The notes: generated by a model not told the origin, from the sequence alone. A stretch of DNA of 39,114 nt from Tubiluchus corallicola (GCA_030141605.1 JAQGDQ010000452.1:1-39114); one strand, 5' to 3'; counted from the first letter of the stretch, positions 12,119 through 26,542 are shown. Translations and numbers: made by a program.

Positions 12119-12637
12119 ATGATGCAAACATTTGTTTGCATTTTTATAAATCCTGCGTTCAAGTTCTAATTTCAAGCAGGGTTGGCTGAAGTTTTTTTTA
12201 AATTTCCATGTTTTTATAATGTTGGATTTTTTATGCCAACAGTGCTGAAGTTTACGAGGCTGATGTGAGCTCGCGTTCTGTATCATTTTTCTCATTAAAA
12301 TACTATTGAGATCAGTTTGCCGTACACGGTGAAAAATTAAGAACAGAATTCGCTAGTCATACTGCGGCAAAAACTATAATTTTTGCTATTATTTCAAAAT
12401 AATTAAGTTTCTATTTACTCTAGTTTAGCAGATGTCGACTGTAGAAAACACAAGACGCTCTATAACGACAAGATTTTTAAAGTGTTATAAGCTGCTGTCT
12501 TTAGGTTTTCTCTTTCAGCAATTATCCATCGTTGCATAAATGAATTCTAATGACCAGAAATGAAAAGTACCAATTGCACTTTTGTAAAACAAAACAATAT
12601 AAATAAATCTAGATGGCTAACTAAATAAATCAGTGAA

Positions 12638-13066
<429 letters not shown>

Positions 13067-13627
13067 TTTTACTGTTTTACTTAGTATTATATACTACAAA
13101 ATTTTACTGTCTTTTACTTACCGTTAAAATGTTTGAAATCTTAACTGATTAGTTTAGCTGGTGAAGAAAGCTTGACTGATTCACCTGTGGGATCAAGATT
13201 CACTTAAAAGATTACCGAACTTGTCAACAACAACTAGAGAAACGTTTTCACTTAAATTAATGCTTCAACAACTGCAATTACTGCTCTGGTCAGGTCCAGG
13301 CGAATGTGATTTACACTGCGCTTGCGCAAAACTTCAGACGCGTCGTCTTGACGAAGCCATTCTATAGAAGGAGGTATTTACTTAGATCTGTAAATTCGTA
13401 TACTGCTCACACTAACTCACAGTGGACGATCTAGTTTAATATACCGCCAAATGTATTATGGATGCTTAACATCACTGTTTTTGTTGTCAAGTTTTTACTT
13501 GCCTACTACGCTTCAGCGCATCACTACCAAGATGTGCTGCAACATATCCTTGTGATAGTATGATAAACGTAATCTAGTAAGGTTAAAAATGCTTTTACAG
13601 TACGTCGCTATTTTCTCCTGACACGAA

Positions 13628-13980
13628 TAAACTTACAAACGTCATCGGTGTAGTATGCGAGCTCTAGGGAATGCTCTTGTGGTATAGCAGTATTACAGCA
13701 AATAAAAAGTTCCACAATTAAAAAACAAGGAAAGGCTACTAACAGATTTTATATGCATCATTTGTGTAGTCTTGTAGCTTGGGGGAAAGCTGGTGAAAAT
13801 GAACTTCCAAGTACCATTGATGTAGTTATGCAGCTCCGGGGAATGCTCTTGAGGTAAAATGTACTTACAAGCACCATTGGTGAAGTTATGCAGCTCCGGA
13901 GAATGCTGTTGAAGTAAAATGAACTTACAAGCACCATTGGTGTAGTTATGCAGCTCTGGGGAAAGCTCGTGAGGTATAAT
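13628..13980. repeat. 60-bp minisatellite
   Basis: Three aligned units 13801-13980 (gaacttacaagcaccattggtgtagttatgcagctccgg...gtaaaat) plus decayed units upstream. Confidence 0.9.
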
Positions 13981-14008
13981 AAGTATAATATCATTAGTAG
14001 CACGTTAA

Positions 14009-15392
14009 AGAAAAACCGGATGATTGTTTAGACTCGATCTCATTTTAATCTCATATACATTTTCTTGCTTATAAAAGTTAGCAATTGTTTCTAATATTTG
14101 CATAATTAGCTTAGAAAGTTAATTAACGGCAACCGAACGCAGCTATTGCTTACGTAAAAAAACTAACCACAGTTTGTGCAATGGTGGGCATCTACCCTTG
14201 CGCGTCAAGCATGTTTGTTACTGCTTAGACGCGTGACGTCGCGAAAATGGGCTCTACGTCATATGACGTCAGAAACTAACACTGAAGTTCATGAGCCTGG
14301 TTAGCACGGTACCGCCTTCTATTTGTCGGCCATGCGAATATGACAAAAGGCGCCATTGCCAGTCTTAGAAGACCTCTAGTCTCACAAGACTTTTAAAAAT
14401 CCCAGGAAATGCAGAGTAAAAAGCACTTCTGAAACTCATCTTCAAGCCCTAATAACCCCTTCATGCTGGTACGGAAACTCTTAATGGCACCGCTCTGGTC
14501 ACACACCATCGGTGTAGCTTGCAGAGTATATGAATTGATCCCTATTAGTTAACTGTAGGCTGAACATGCACCAACACATTGCCAGGTATAGCACACAGCC
14601 ACATTTGAGATACATGTCAGACCTAATACACCACAAACAGCTTTATTATTATTGCAGCCAGGGAAAATGCTGGCCTGTACAATCACACGCACATTGCACA
14701 ATGAGAGGAAAATTCACACAACTAAAATTAAGAAATTCGCCGGCCCGTCTGTCTAATACTCCATTAGCGGTTTTAACAAAATAACTGTAACAATTCAACT
14801 GGAGTTGCCTCACGTGTGTTATAAGTTTAAAGCAAAACCGTACCCAATCTTAAACTGCAGGTCAAAACAATCTAATCTTTATAATATTTAAAGAAAACAT
14901 ATTATTTTTCCAAAAATGACTTACGCGAAAGAATTATTACCATGCAAACACAATTTCGCGTTCGTGCCACTAGTTCTTCGCATTTCGCCATTCGCTAGTT
15001 AAACGGGCACTAGCGCCTGCATTTCGGAAACGCATTACACAAAACTAGGTGCTGTACCTCTCAATTCAGATGTGTTAGTTTGTGACGAACTACACACGTT
15101 CAAAACTCAAGCGTGAGTACAGCGGTAAATTTGAATACTAGTTTTAGTATAACACACTGAATATTTTACAATAGCACTTTACTTCATTTTCGCTTTTGTA
15201 AACACGTGCAACACACTCGTGAAATATTTTTGCCGTTGAAAATTATGTTAGTTTGTGATGTCATCAATAGTTGGGCTCGCCCGCCGTTAAGTAATTATCA
15301 GAAAGGCTTTTGCAGTATTAATCGTGTTGAAATGTGTACTTTTTATCGGACTTGAAAATGAGGCAGTATACGAAAAATCATCCTGTCTTCCT
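14009..15392. mobile_element. 1.4-kb Kolobok-like non-autonomous DNA transposon
   Basis: TTAA at 14005-14008 and 15393-15396. TIR AGAAAAACCGGATGATT vs AGGAAGACAGGATGATT. Left ~360 bp is shared with the 6519-7065 element. Decayed Cys-rich coding remnant inside. Confidence 0.75.
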
Positions 15393-16095
15393 TTAACTAT
15401 AACCGTTTTAATTATAAACTGAAGAAAAGATTTGAAATATTAATGTTGCTTTAAATGATATTTATTTTTGATTTTGAAACAGCAATTATATTACAGTATT
15501 GTATACAAGGTCTTATACAATCATGTGAGACAAATCACAGACAGTATGGAGCACATATTCATAGATATAACACAATATTATAAACAAATGTTACGGAAAT
15601 GTACACAACTGTAAATCTAAAATTGAAAAATTCAACATATGAGATTAAAATTCAAGAAAAAAAGACCCAAAGTGGATGTTCAGTTTGAATACCACACTTG
15701 ATGATGATGAATGATGCTGGTTGATGATGATAATGCATGACGATGATAATGATTGTGAAGATAATTCATGACGTTTATGGTGATGGTGGCGATGATAACG
15801 AAGATGACGATGATAACAATGTTATTAGCTAATAATTTCAGCATTTGGCTGACTGACTTCGTCTTCGTGACTGATTTACGTATGATCAATAATCTGGCAC
15901 AGTCTGTTGCATCAGTACTCTCAATGACCAGGATGTACTTGACATTCTCTGCACACTTACTTATTAATTTCACGACAAACGCCTTGACAACTCGTAAAGC
16001 AAAATCAAAGAGAGAGGAAGGCGCAGCTTCCTTCATTTACCTGCTATCAACAGACTGCGCTGAGATGTGTACTGAATAATAATAATAATAATGAG

Positions 16096-16800
<705 letters not shown>

Positions 16801-17782
16801 AATTTTGCAGCGGTAGAAATTGCAATGTTTCAATGCTAAACAAAACAAAAAATGCTAAAATCTGTTTTTGGACGTTTTGGACATAATAAAATTTCACCAA
16901 CAGTTTCATGTAAGCTGCTTCTATAGTGAACGTATCTTTCGTGTTGTTGATCCTCTAAATGCTCGTCACGTATTAAAATTGTAGCTAAGCTGTGCTGCTT
17001 ATGAAATTACGGTTAGTGAAGATTAAAAATAATGTCCAACCGTGACACCAGCGGAAAGCAGGCAACATGAAAATTAAATGTGCAACGAATTTTTTTCAAA
17101 ATCGCAATCATTTCCAGATATTGTTCTTGAAAAAATATGGATCCATGTTTACAGAAACTTCGTCTGAACTAATGGTAATTTACAGTTACTAAAAATATGG
17201 CGTCAGACGTATTTAGGCTAAGAGATTTATAAAAAAAATCGATCAAAGAGAGAGTGAATGAGTGTGTGAATGAAGAGCGTGGATGTCAGAAAATGAACGA
17301 ATATAAAAATAACTAAGCGGGAGCAAAATTTGGGAAATTTTCTGTAATGACGATGACGGTGATGATGGCCTTTGTACAGATGATGATGATGATAATGGTG
17401 CCCATTATGAACGCGATGATAATGGTGGTAGTGCCATGGTGGTGACTGAGATGATGATGACGACAACGATAATAATAACAATAATGACAATTGGTTTTTA
17501 TTATTGTTTTTGTTTTAATGCAAATAAAACCTATTATGACGAAGTTTATTTATCTTAACATTGTAAAAATTTTAACAAATAATATTACGCATAGTAAACC
17601 TGGTAACTTTCGTACAATTTACACACAGTATACATACATGATGCTGAAATGAACCACCACCATCATCACCACCATCATCATCATCATCAGCATCAAGTCT
17701 GAAGATGACAGGACGATTTCTAAGATGTTATTATCTCCATCCCAGCTGGACAATACAGCTCTAATGATTTAATGCCGTTGAC

Positions 17783-17894
17783 CTAGTACTGAGGTTGCAA
17801 AGGTTTAACATATTCCTGGGAAGGCACAGTAGAAGCTCTTCTTGTCATCTCTGGGTACGGAGTGTTTGTTCGCGGGCTGGTTGGCTCAGACGTC
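17783..17894 (-). CDS. Probable terminal coding exon of the two-TM protein: (G)TSEPTSPRTNTPYPEMTRRASTVPSQEYVKPLQPQY*
   Basis: Acceptor tgatatttttcag|G. Phase 2 matches the GG|gtaggc donor at 21106/21105. AATAAA downstream at 17545-17550 (minus). Confidence 0.6.
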
Positions 17895-17984
17895 CTGAAA
17901 AATATCAAGTTACCTTTCAGGCTTTATTGCTATTTTCAAAGAATATCAAAAATCCACTTCCATTTCCCTGTCTGACAACGTGAG

Positions 17985-18130
17985 ACAACGACAGCAGCAG
18001 CAGCAGCAGGAGTAGCAGCAACACCACCACCACTACTGCACACCACCGCTGCCGCTGCCGCCATTTTCACCACCACCGCCGCAGCCACCAACACCACTAG
18101 AAGTAGTATGGTGCCAACAACAGCAGCAGT
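17985..18130. repeat. Mixed CAG/CAC/GCC trinucleotide low-complexity tract
   Basis: Read directly. Confidence 0.8.
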
Positions 18131-18239
18131 TCGGAACGGCTTTACAGAAGACAACAAGCTTAATAGGTTTACTCCGCATTAGTTTCCACAAAAAAAAACA
18201 AAAATAAAAAATATTTATTATCTCTATTACTAAGTCTAC

Positions 18240-18880
18240 CCACTACCAACTTGCAAGAAACAAGGAACTTACTGGGTCTTGAAAACTTGCAAGAAACAAA
18301 AAGATATTTCAGTAGCTCTCTTACTAGATTTTCACTGTATTAGTTTGCAAAAAACAAGGCGATTGCTAGGTCTACATCGGCTTGCAAGAAACAAAGAACT
18401 TACTGCGTGTGCATCAGCTTGCAAGAAACAAGGAGCTTGCTAGGTCTACATCAGCTTGCAAGAAACAAAGAACTTACTGCGTGTGCATCAGCTTGCAAGA
18501 AACAAGGAACTTACTAGCTCTGTATAACTTTGCAAGAAACAAAAAGGTCTTTCAGTAGCTGTCTTTCTAGATTTACTCTGTATCAGCTTGCAAGAAACAA
18601 GGAGCTTACTATAAGTGTGCATTAGCTTGCACGAAACAAGAAGCTTACTGATTTGCATCAGCTAAAACTTGCTATAAACAAAGAGCTTACTACGCCTGCA
18701 TCGGTTTGGCAGAAACAAGGAGCTTACTAAGTCTGCATCAGCTTGCAAGAAACAACGAGCTTACTGCTCTGTTTCAGCTATCAAGTGACAGAGAATTACC
18801 AAGACTGCAAAAACTTGCAACAAACAAAAAATCTTTCCGTAGCTTTCCAGTTCTGCTCCTCAGTGTCAACTTGCTAGAAA
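18240..18880. repeat. Intronic minisatellite, ~39-bp units (some ~59 bp) with core CTTGCAAGAAACAA
   Basis: The core recurs about 15 times with related linkers (ggaacttactaggtctgcatcag). Confidence 0.9.
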
Positions 18881-21105
18881 TATGACTCTCCCACTAGCCG
18901 TCTTACAGACAAAATGTCTTTGTAAACGGAGACTGTCGTAGATCGATTCAGCGGTTTATTACAGGTCTAGCCGCCTGGACATTACAAGTTCAATTTGCAA
19001 TGGGATTGTGTGTGCATTGATATAAGTGGCTTGTATGTCAGGAAGGCAATTAAGAAACCAACTTGTAATAAAGCTATAATGATTGGAGATAAGAGTTGTA
19101 ACCGCTTCACTGCACTCTATTATGCAGTGCATAGTGAAATTGTAGTTATTAATTATGTGAAAACCTTAAAGGTCATGAACTTTCAATAAATTGAATCTGC
19201 CGCCGACAGAGGTCGCATTATTCTCATTATGTGTGTTGATTCGATGCAGTATGGCAAAATATCACTTAATTAATAACTGAATAGTACACAAGTTTTATAG
19301 TAAGTATGTAGTTTCGTGTAACCCAAGGCCACATTAAATCATGTTACGTAAACGCAAACTTCGATTCTGTACAATATGTTCTTTTAGGCTAGATAATTAG
19401 TAGACGAACTCTCAAAATATTGAAGTCAATTTTTAGGATTTTTATGAAGCAGTATTTTAGAATTGTACATAAATAATTCAGTATGTAATAAAAACTTACT
19501 TGTTTAACGATCATTTAAACAGTTCATTATTTTAAATTTTTTGCCTTCTCAGACAGTGAAAGTTTAATTTCCCGCTTTTCTGGTGGTTGTGCAAAAGTAT
19601 TCATATTGACTTACTGATTATAAAATGCCTAATGACTTGCTGCTGGCCGCGTTAGTTACTCTTTGTTGGTGTAAATTGTTGGCCAACCCTGTTTCATTTG
19701 TTTTCACCTGCTTTAATGTGGTTCTTCAATATTTTTTCGGAATGAACTGCGAAACACATCTTGCCTTGCTCACACAGTTATAGTTTAGCGAACTGTGGAA
19801 AGATGGCAGCACCATGCAGTCTCCAGGCGCAAGTGACCGACAGTATTGAAAGTTTGAAACCCTACAAGTCTGCTAAGAAATAGCAAGTAAGTTCTAATTC
19901 GTCGCATTCTATTTTTGTTTCGACCCAAGCGACATTTCAAACAAAATAAATGTTTAAATAAACGACAATAAAATATAAAAGTGATTGGATTTTTATAAAA
20001 TTTTGAACAGTATTGGCGAGCTTTCCGTTTGAAGTTTTTTTAGAACTTTTTGCATCATCGTAACAGTCCAGAAAATCTACATTGTTTGGAATATTGAATA
20101 AACATTTACTTCTCAATTCAGTGGATAAAAAGCTGCGAAATTATATGCCCGAGATAAAATGCGCAGTAACATGGTACTAGCAAAGGCCCCGCAAAAAATT
20201 TGCGTATAAGTACACTTATAATCAATAATACGCGAACATCCTACACAGTCCTCACTTATAACGCAAAGCCAGCAGCAGCAGCAGCTTTTACTGAATTAAA
20301 GTTATAGGCAGAGTATAATGAATGACGTCAGAACAATGGCTTTGCGTCAGCAGTTTTCCAAGCGAAAATTGCCAAAAATAGAACATCTAATTAACTCGTC
20401 GGCACTCCTCTTGGTGGACGTGTACTAAAATATAGCCCACACCATCGTGTAGCCCTGTTCTTCCTCTTTCTAAAGAGCCACATATCTCCCTTCGAGAGTC
20501 CCACCAGGCGCGGCTAGAACGTTTTTTCTGCAGACTGTTTGACCAAAATTTCGAAAAAATCGGGAGTTCGGTCGGGGAAAACGCCCGTTACGGGACGCCG
20601 TGACCCTCTCGCGAAATCTAAATACTACACCCACCGTTGAATTAATATATAGATAAGCACTGTGCTTTTCGCTTTGGTAGCTCTTGCGTGAGTGTATGGT
20701 GCTGATGCATTGCGAATCTAGCGAAGTTCTAACAGGGTATGGTATGGCTGCAGAGTTAAGCAATGCTAAACCTCGCTAGTGAATGAATAGGTGACTATCA
20801 GAATTGCAGCTTGTCATCTATTCATGGAGGATGTAACGTACATCCAGCGTCACACAAAAACTGCACAAAGCGCCGCCTCCTAGTCCAGTGTTTTACCTGA
20901 TAGGATTATTCTGAGCTAGATTCTAGTTTTGCCAAACCATCTGCATTAGGTACATCCTAGTACATTCAATTATGCTGGGTAGTGAATACGGTGCTTCAGT
21001 CTGCAAGCAGCATTAAAAAACTTTACTTGAGTGTTACCAAGAAATGAACACTACTACTCACTATAATCTTATTATAAAAATAAAAAGTTACTGTACAAAG
21101 CCTAC

Positions 21106-22880
21106 CCAGGCCCATTCTGTTCCACTCTCTTTTCTGTTCCGTTTCCTTTAATTATCATCATCATCTTTTCTCCTGTTCCAACGACAGCCTGATGTACTTG
21201 AGAAGGCGTAGCTTCCGTGCGAACTTGTCTGCACGGTCCTATTTTACAATTAATAAACTTGCTGTAAATAATCAAAGCACACAACCAGAACAAAACACCC
21301 ACGAACATGACGACCGGTCCCATTATCCTAAACTGTTTCAGCGTCGGGCGCGTCACCACAGTCGTAGTGTTTTGTAAATTCATACTAGTCGTGTTATCTA
21401 ATGTCTGTTCTGTTGACGATTCGTGCACGTCCAAAGTTGAGTTAAAATCGCTAATATTAAAACCGTAAGTAGCGGTAGTATTATCCACATCAGTGACATT
21501 AGTGGTGGAAGGTTCTGTCACTGCCGATTTTATCTCGCGACGTTCAACACGTGGTTCAAACTTCACAAAAACTCCAACAGCCAGCAACAACAAGCCGATC
21601 CCGAAGAACACCAGACCGTGTATAATGAGACTCTTCACCACATTTCTACTCATGAACCTTTGCACAAGGTAATCGTCCGATTCTCTTCTGTATGAGCCGC
21701 AACTGGACCTACTTGTTTGAATCTCCTCTCTCGTTTGTTGAATGTTGTTCATGCCCGTTAACGAATGTGAGATTGAATCCTGAGAGCGTCGGAGGAGTGA
21801 CGATGAAACGTTGTTCCTGAGAGAAGGATTTTCTCCGATATTGCTATTGCTTGTTGCTCTGCAGGATTCGTTACTTTCTGTATGCCCAAATGATGTTTCA
21901 TTTAATTTCAATGAGTCCTTTTGTTGAGGTACAACTCCGTTCTGCTTCAATTGATGGTCATCTAGATGGGAGTGTTCCGTAATTGCCCAAGACTGATCTG
22001 AAATGGTAGGTGACTGTCTTGTAAGGGCTTGTTCAGTTTTTGCTCTCTTCAAGACACGCCCTTGAGAAACTTTCTCCGGAATTCCAGGTGAGGGTTCCAA
22101 GATTACCTGTGACTGATGTGCGAGGGATGTGTTAACCCATTGCTCTGTATGCCTCCTCCGAATGATTTTTCCTCCCCTATCTGGCAAAAATTTTGAGGGA
22201 GCTGGTGATTGCAATTCGTCCTCTGTCGGGGGAGTGGCAGATTTGGATGGAACTTGTGACAAATCGGAAAACCTCTGACACTCATTCGCCGGCACTACAT
22301 GAACCTGTGACGTGTTTTCAATGATGCTGAACTGTTTGGTAAGCAACTTACCGTGATGGCTGTTATCCGACATTATTGATGTCTGGTTGCCTTGTTCTGT
22401 AATTGACTCAAATCTAGCCAAATCATCGGCATGAGACTTACCACCATTAGCATCGGGTTTTGAGCTTGATGAAAAAGCTACCAAGGAGTCATCAGGCCCA
22501 ATAACAGAATCATCTGGATTATTAGGAGATGTATTGTTGACGTACAATCGACCGCTCTCGGTAACATCGCTCAGTTTCTGAGAAAATGACGACACAGAAT
22601 CAATCTGTTCCATAATCGATTGACTAGGATCAGATAAATGAGCAGAATTTTCCACAAGCGATGTGGTAAGATTTGGCTCTCCCTGCTCAAGCATGGTTAC
22701 TGGTTGATCCACTGCGGCACTGGACTTCATTATCAACTGGGAGGAATTCGTATGCGACTGTAATTCCTCTGGTATCTCAAATGACTGTTCGGAAGCCTGC
22801 TTGAACAGCCGCGACATGGATACTGATGATTCAGCAGCTTTTGAATCGTCTTCCATGTCTATCATACCCTGCATCTCCAT
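21106..22880 (-). CDS. Uncharacterised two-pass membrane protein, main exon (TMEM200/TMEM171/TMEM174-like TM pair)
   Basis: 1.8-kb non-repetitive ORF; first ATG at 22880 in gtcATGG context. TM1 SLIIHGLVFFGIGLLLLAVGVFV, Thr-rich loop with six N-x-S/T sequons, TM2 FRIMGPVVMFVGVLFWLCALIIY. Unspliced stop at 21102-21104. Confidence 0.85.
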
Positions 22881-23831
22881 GACGAGATATGTAGTTTTTG
22901 TACACAAAATTTTTCACCATACAACAAAATGAATCCTAATCATTTTCACACACCCTGTCCTGTATAAATGCATGATAACTGTTTACCACAATTATACATA
23001 AGTTTGTAAAATCGGTTCCTAACAGACTAGCTCTTTCCACATCTTGCCTCTCTGATTACACAGATCAAATGTGTTGCATACTTTATTGGTGCCCTTTAAC
23101 AGCTTCAGTACAGTTACCGGTACTAATTACAAAGCCATTAATTATGTACAAATAGCACCTGAATAATGCAAGCAGGAATAATGTTTGTGCATTATGGTTC
23201 ATGTGGAACATAATGATTCATGTTGTGTGCATTTACTTGTGCGATAATGATTGCAAATTTCACGTGCACGTGGTTTTATGGCTCTCTGCAGCACCAAGCT
23301 CATTCAGCACAACACCACTAAGCTTTCAGACACTCGTACCATGTCTAACGAATCAAATGACAGGTAATAGTTTTTGTCCCAGCTTTTCCAGTCACGCATA
23401 ATCCATAAACGAACTTGATATGTGTTACATCAAGACAAAGCATGGTAAAATATGCCAATAGTACTATATTACTTGCACAGTTTAGACACATGGTAATGAA
23501 GACCAAAGAAAATATAAAATTTCAAATTATTTTCTCAACTGATATGAATTGCACAAAAATAAAGCACTTTTGTTCCAGGCTGTGAAGTGAAAGACAAACT
23601 TCCAGAGAAACTTTTTTATATTAAGCAATATCCATGATTTAATCAGTGTTGCGGTACTTGAATGATAACTGTAGAAATCAACAAGACATAAAAAATGACG
23701 TTCACTGATTGTTGAACCTGCCATACTTCACAAGAAATTCCTATAATTCATAATATATTTACTCAATGGCTGCCGAACCACAACCTTTGAAACATTAGTA
23801 AAGCAGGTGAGGATAAATAATTAATTAATTT

Positions 23832-23845
23832 GTTGCCATGACATC
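23832..23845. promoter_or_regulatory. Near-consensus RFX X-box (GTTGCCATGACATC)
   Basis: Two mismatches to the palindrome GTTGCCATGGCAAC, ~950 bp upstream of the TM-gene ATG. Confidence 0.3.
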
Positions 23846-24026
23846 AAATAATAAGGCTATGTACAATCCAAAGTCGTTAGCTAATTAGTGTACATCTGGG
23901 TAGGAAGCAATGAGTATTAAGTAGAGGATCAAGTCACGAATGTCAACAACGGTAATAAAAGATTTAAAGTTTCCTAATACTAACATCCCAGATGCTATAA
24001 TGATAACGAACAAGTGGAAATACTTG

Positions 24027-24453
24027 CCAGCGGCTGATACAGGCTTTAGAAAAAGGGTGGGCTCAACGAAAAAGCAGCTAGGGGGGTCTGGGGAACCCCA
24101 GCTACCAATGCATTTTACTGCATTTTAGACCATTTTTCTTACTATTTGCTCAAGCAAATTCAATGGTTTAAAACTCATTATGTCACCTCAAACTTTTGAC
24201 TCTTAATTACACACCAATATACTAGTATACACTCTAGTATAGCATATAATTGCGCACAGCGATATCTTTGCCAAAAATTTCAATTATCACTTAAAGTGCA
24301 CAAACGTTTTTATACTAAAATCATTAATGGAGAACTTTTTACTCGATGCAAGTCATTAAAATCTACCACTAAAAGTTCTAAAGCTTATAACCCAGAGAAG
24401 ATATTCACTTGGGGTGCTGTAACTGCTACTATGAAATGGTGGGCCCAGCCTCT
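24027..24453. mobile_element. Decayed hAT-like MITE
   Basis: Starts CAGCGGCTGATACAGG with GGGGGGTCTGGGG internal motif and ends CCCAGCCTCTG. Resembles CAGGGGCGGATCCAGG-type elements; ends are degenerate. Confidence 0.35.
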
Positions 24454-25508
24454 GCAGTTGCATTAAACAAGAAAACTTTATGCAGGCATATAAAAAACAG
24501 AAAAGGGAAACCAAACACCCACAGATATTTAATTTAAATCAGCAGCTGAGTTTTAAGGAACCAACAAAGAACCCTGACACTATGATATTTTATGTTTGTT
24601 AATTATGTAACACTGAGTGCAAGATTTACCAAAAATGGAAGTAAATGTCAGATTAGTTAAACCAGTTGACGGTTGACAACAAATCCAACATTCTAATTGG
24701 ATAGAAATGTTATCATTCAACTTTATCATAGAACTACAACTAAACAAGAAACAAAATACAATATTTTTGAAAGCATTTTTTTTCTGCTCGAGTGATTTGC
24801 ATTTGGGAACTTTTGTTATAGCAACTATACATCTGTGCCCCTAAAGCTTGTATTAGTACATAACTACACACTCACATTTCTAGAATTAAAGTTTTTATTT
24901 GAGAGGTAAGTGCTCACATAACTGGAAAGATTTCAAGCAATCGAGTAACATTAAGTGTGTGCGATTAATTCATAAATACACTGTGATTTTTAACTTTAAT
25001 CTTTGAAACAAATTCAGAACTGGTTTGTCGAACATCAGTTGGGCAGACAGTCATATTAATGGAGACTCTAATGTATCAATGAATGTTTTTCAACATTAGC
25101 TTTGTCAAATTTCTCAAGTAAGATGAATGCACTGCAATTTTACAATCCCATTTTTAACCTCCAAACTGAAAAACTAACATAATTCACCATACTTTTCATG
25201 GGAAATGGGAGAAATAATAATAATAGCAATAATAATAATAATAGTAGTAGTAGTAGTAGTAATAATAATCTTTATCTAAAGTAGGCTTTTGGATGAACAA
25301 TTAATACAAGCTCAGAGCTTTTGGCCGACTGTAAATAACAAATCTACAGCTACATAACAGGCTATTATTGCCTTACTTTTACCCTAAATACCACCAAATG
25401 GAAAGAGGACATGTTACCACTAGACTATACCATCTGGTCTTACCGTCTTTTTCAACCTCAAACGCAACACCCACTAAACAAGATAAAAACAAACTCTGTT
25501 CCCATAAC

Positions 25509-25514
25509 TTTATT
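25509..25514 (-). terminator. RPL18: RPL18 polyadenylation signal AATAAA
   Basis: AATAAA about 50 nt downstream of the stop codon. Confidence 0.8.
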
Positions 25515-25562
25515 TTTACATTCAAGGATACAAATATGTTATGAAAAGGTAGTGAAAATTGT

Positions 25563-25724
<162 letters not shown>

Positions 25725-26542
25725 TTAGATGACGGTGTGTTCTGTCTGTTTCCTAGCGTGTTATGGTGAAAATATGTGTTCACAGAGAAAGAATTCTTCC
25801 CCAGGTTAGTTCATGACATGCCATACGTGCAGTACCGATCAAAATGTGTTTAGCTAATCCTAAGCAATGACATTCAAATATTGCACTCAAAATTTCTAAA
25901 CAGAAAGCACATTACTGTTTAGGGGAAGAGCAATCTCCTTTATGCTCTTAAATGTGAACAGGATTTCTCTTCACAGTCACATTGAAGTGAAGATTCTGAT
26001 TTGTTCAACACTCGGTCAATTTTTCTAAAACCACATTGCCAATAAAAAATCTCTAACTGAAACTAAACGTCAGGCTCATTTTCATCAACTTAATGATAAA
26101 CTACGCTTACACAATATCAAACATTCTTCTGTTATGCTTTTTAATTTTTTTTACTAATTCAGACTCAAGATTTTTGCTAATAATATGACAGTTTCAACTG
26201 CAAACCAATTGTTTTTGATGTTGCAGTGTCGGAACCCCTCAGTTTAATGCACATATGCAAAATAAGATTTTTGCTAATAACACAACAGTGTCAACTACAC
26301 ACTAAATTGTGTGGCTGTGAAGTATTAAAACTCTTCAATTTCATAAGTACATGTACAAAACCTTTGTACATATGTTTCATGTGCATATACAAAACCTTTG
26401 ATACATACACATACTAAGTTGTGTATACGCGTATGAAATTTCTACAATGTAAACTAAATTCTAAGGGGATTTGCATAAAATTAAGTTTGTGTAGTCTATG
26501 AAGGATGATGAGATAAACCTGACTTCTGTATTTAATGTAATA

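Noticed and set aside
13180-13365. Minus-strand MASS../DDASEVLRKRSV.. segment that looks coding
   Set aside because: Immediate frameshift and stops, and I cannot name a family with any confidence.
18240-18880. CRISPR-like repeat/spacer appearance
   Set aside because: The 'spacers' are homologous to one another, the context is a eukaryotic intron, and no cas genes are present.
20470-20763. CpG-rich patch with a 97-aa ORF
   Set aside because: No protein similarity or element termini recognised; lies in a predicted intron.
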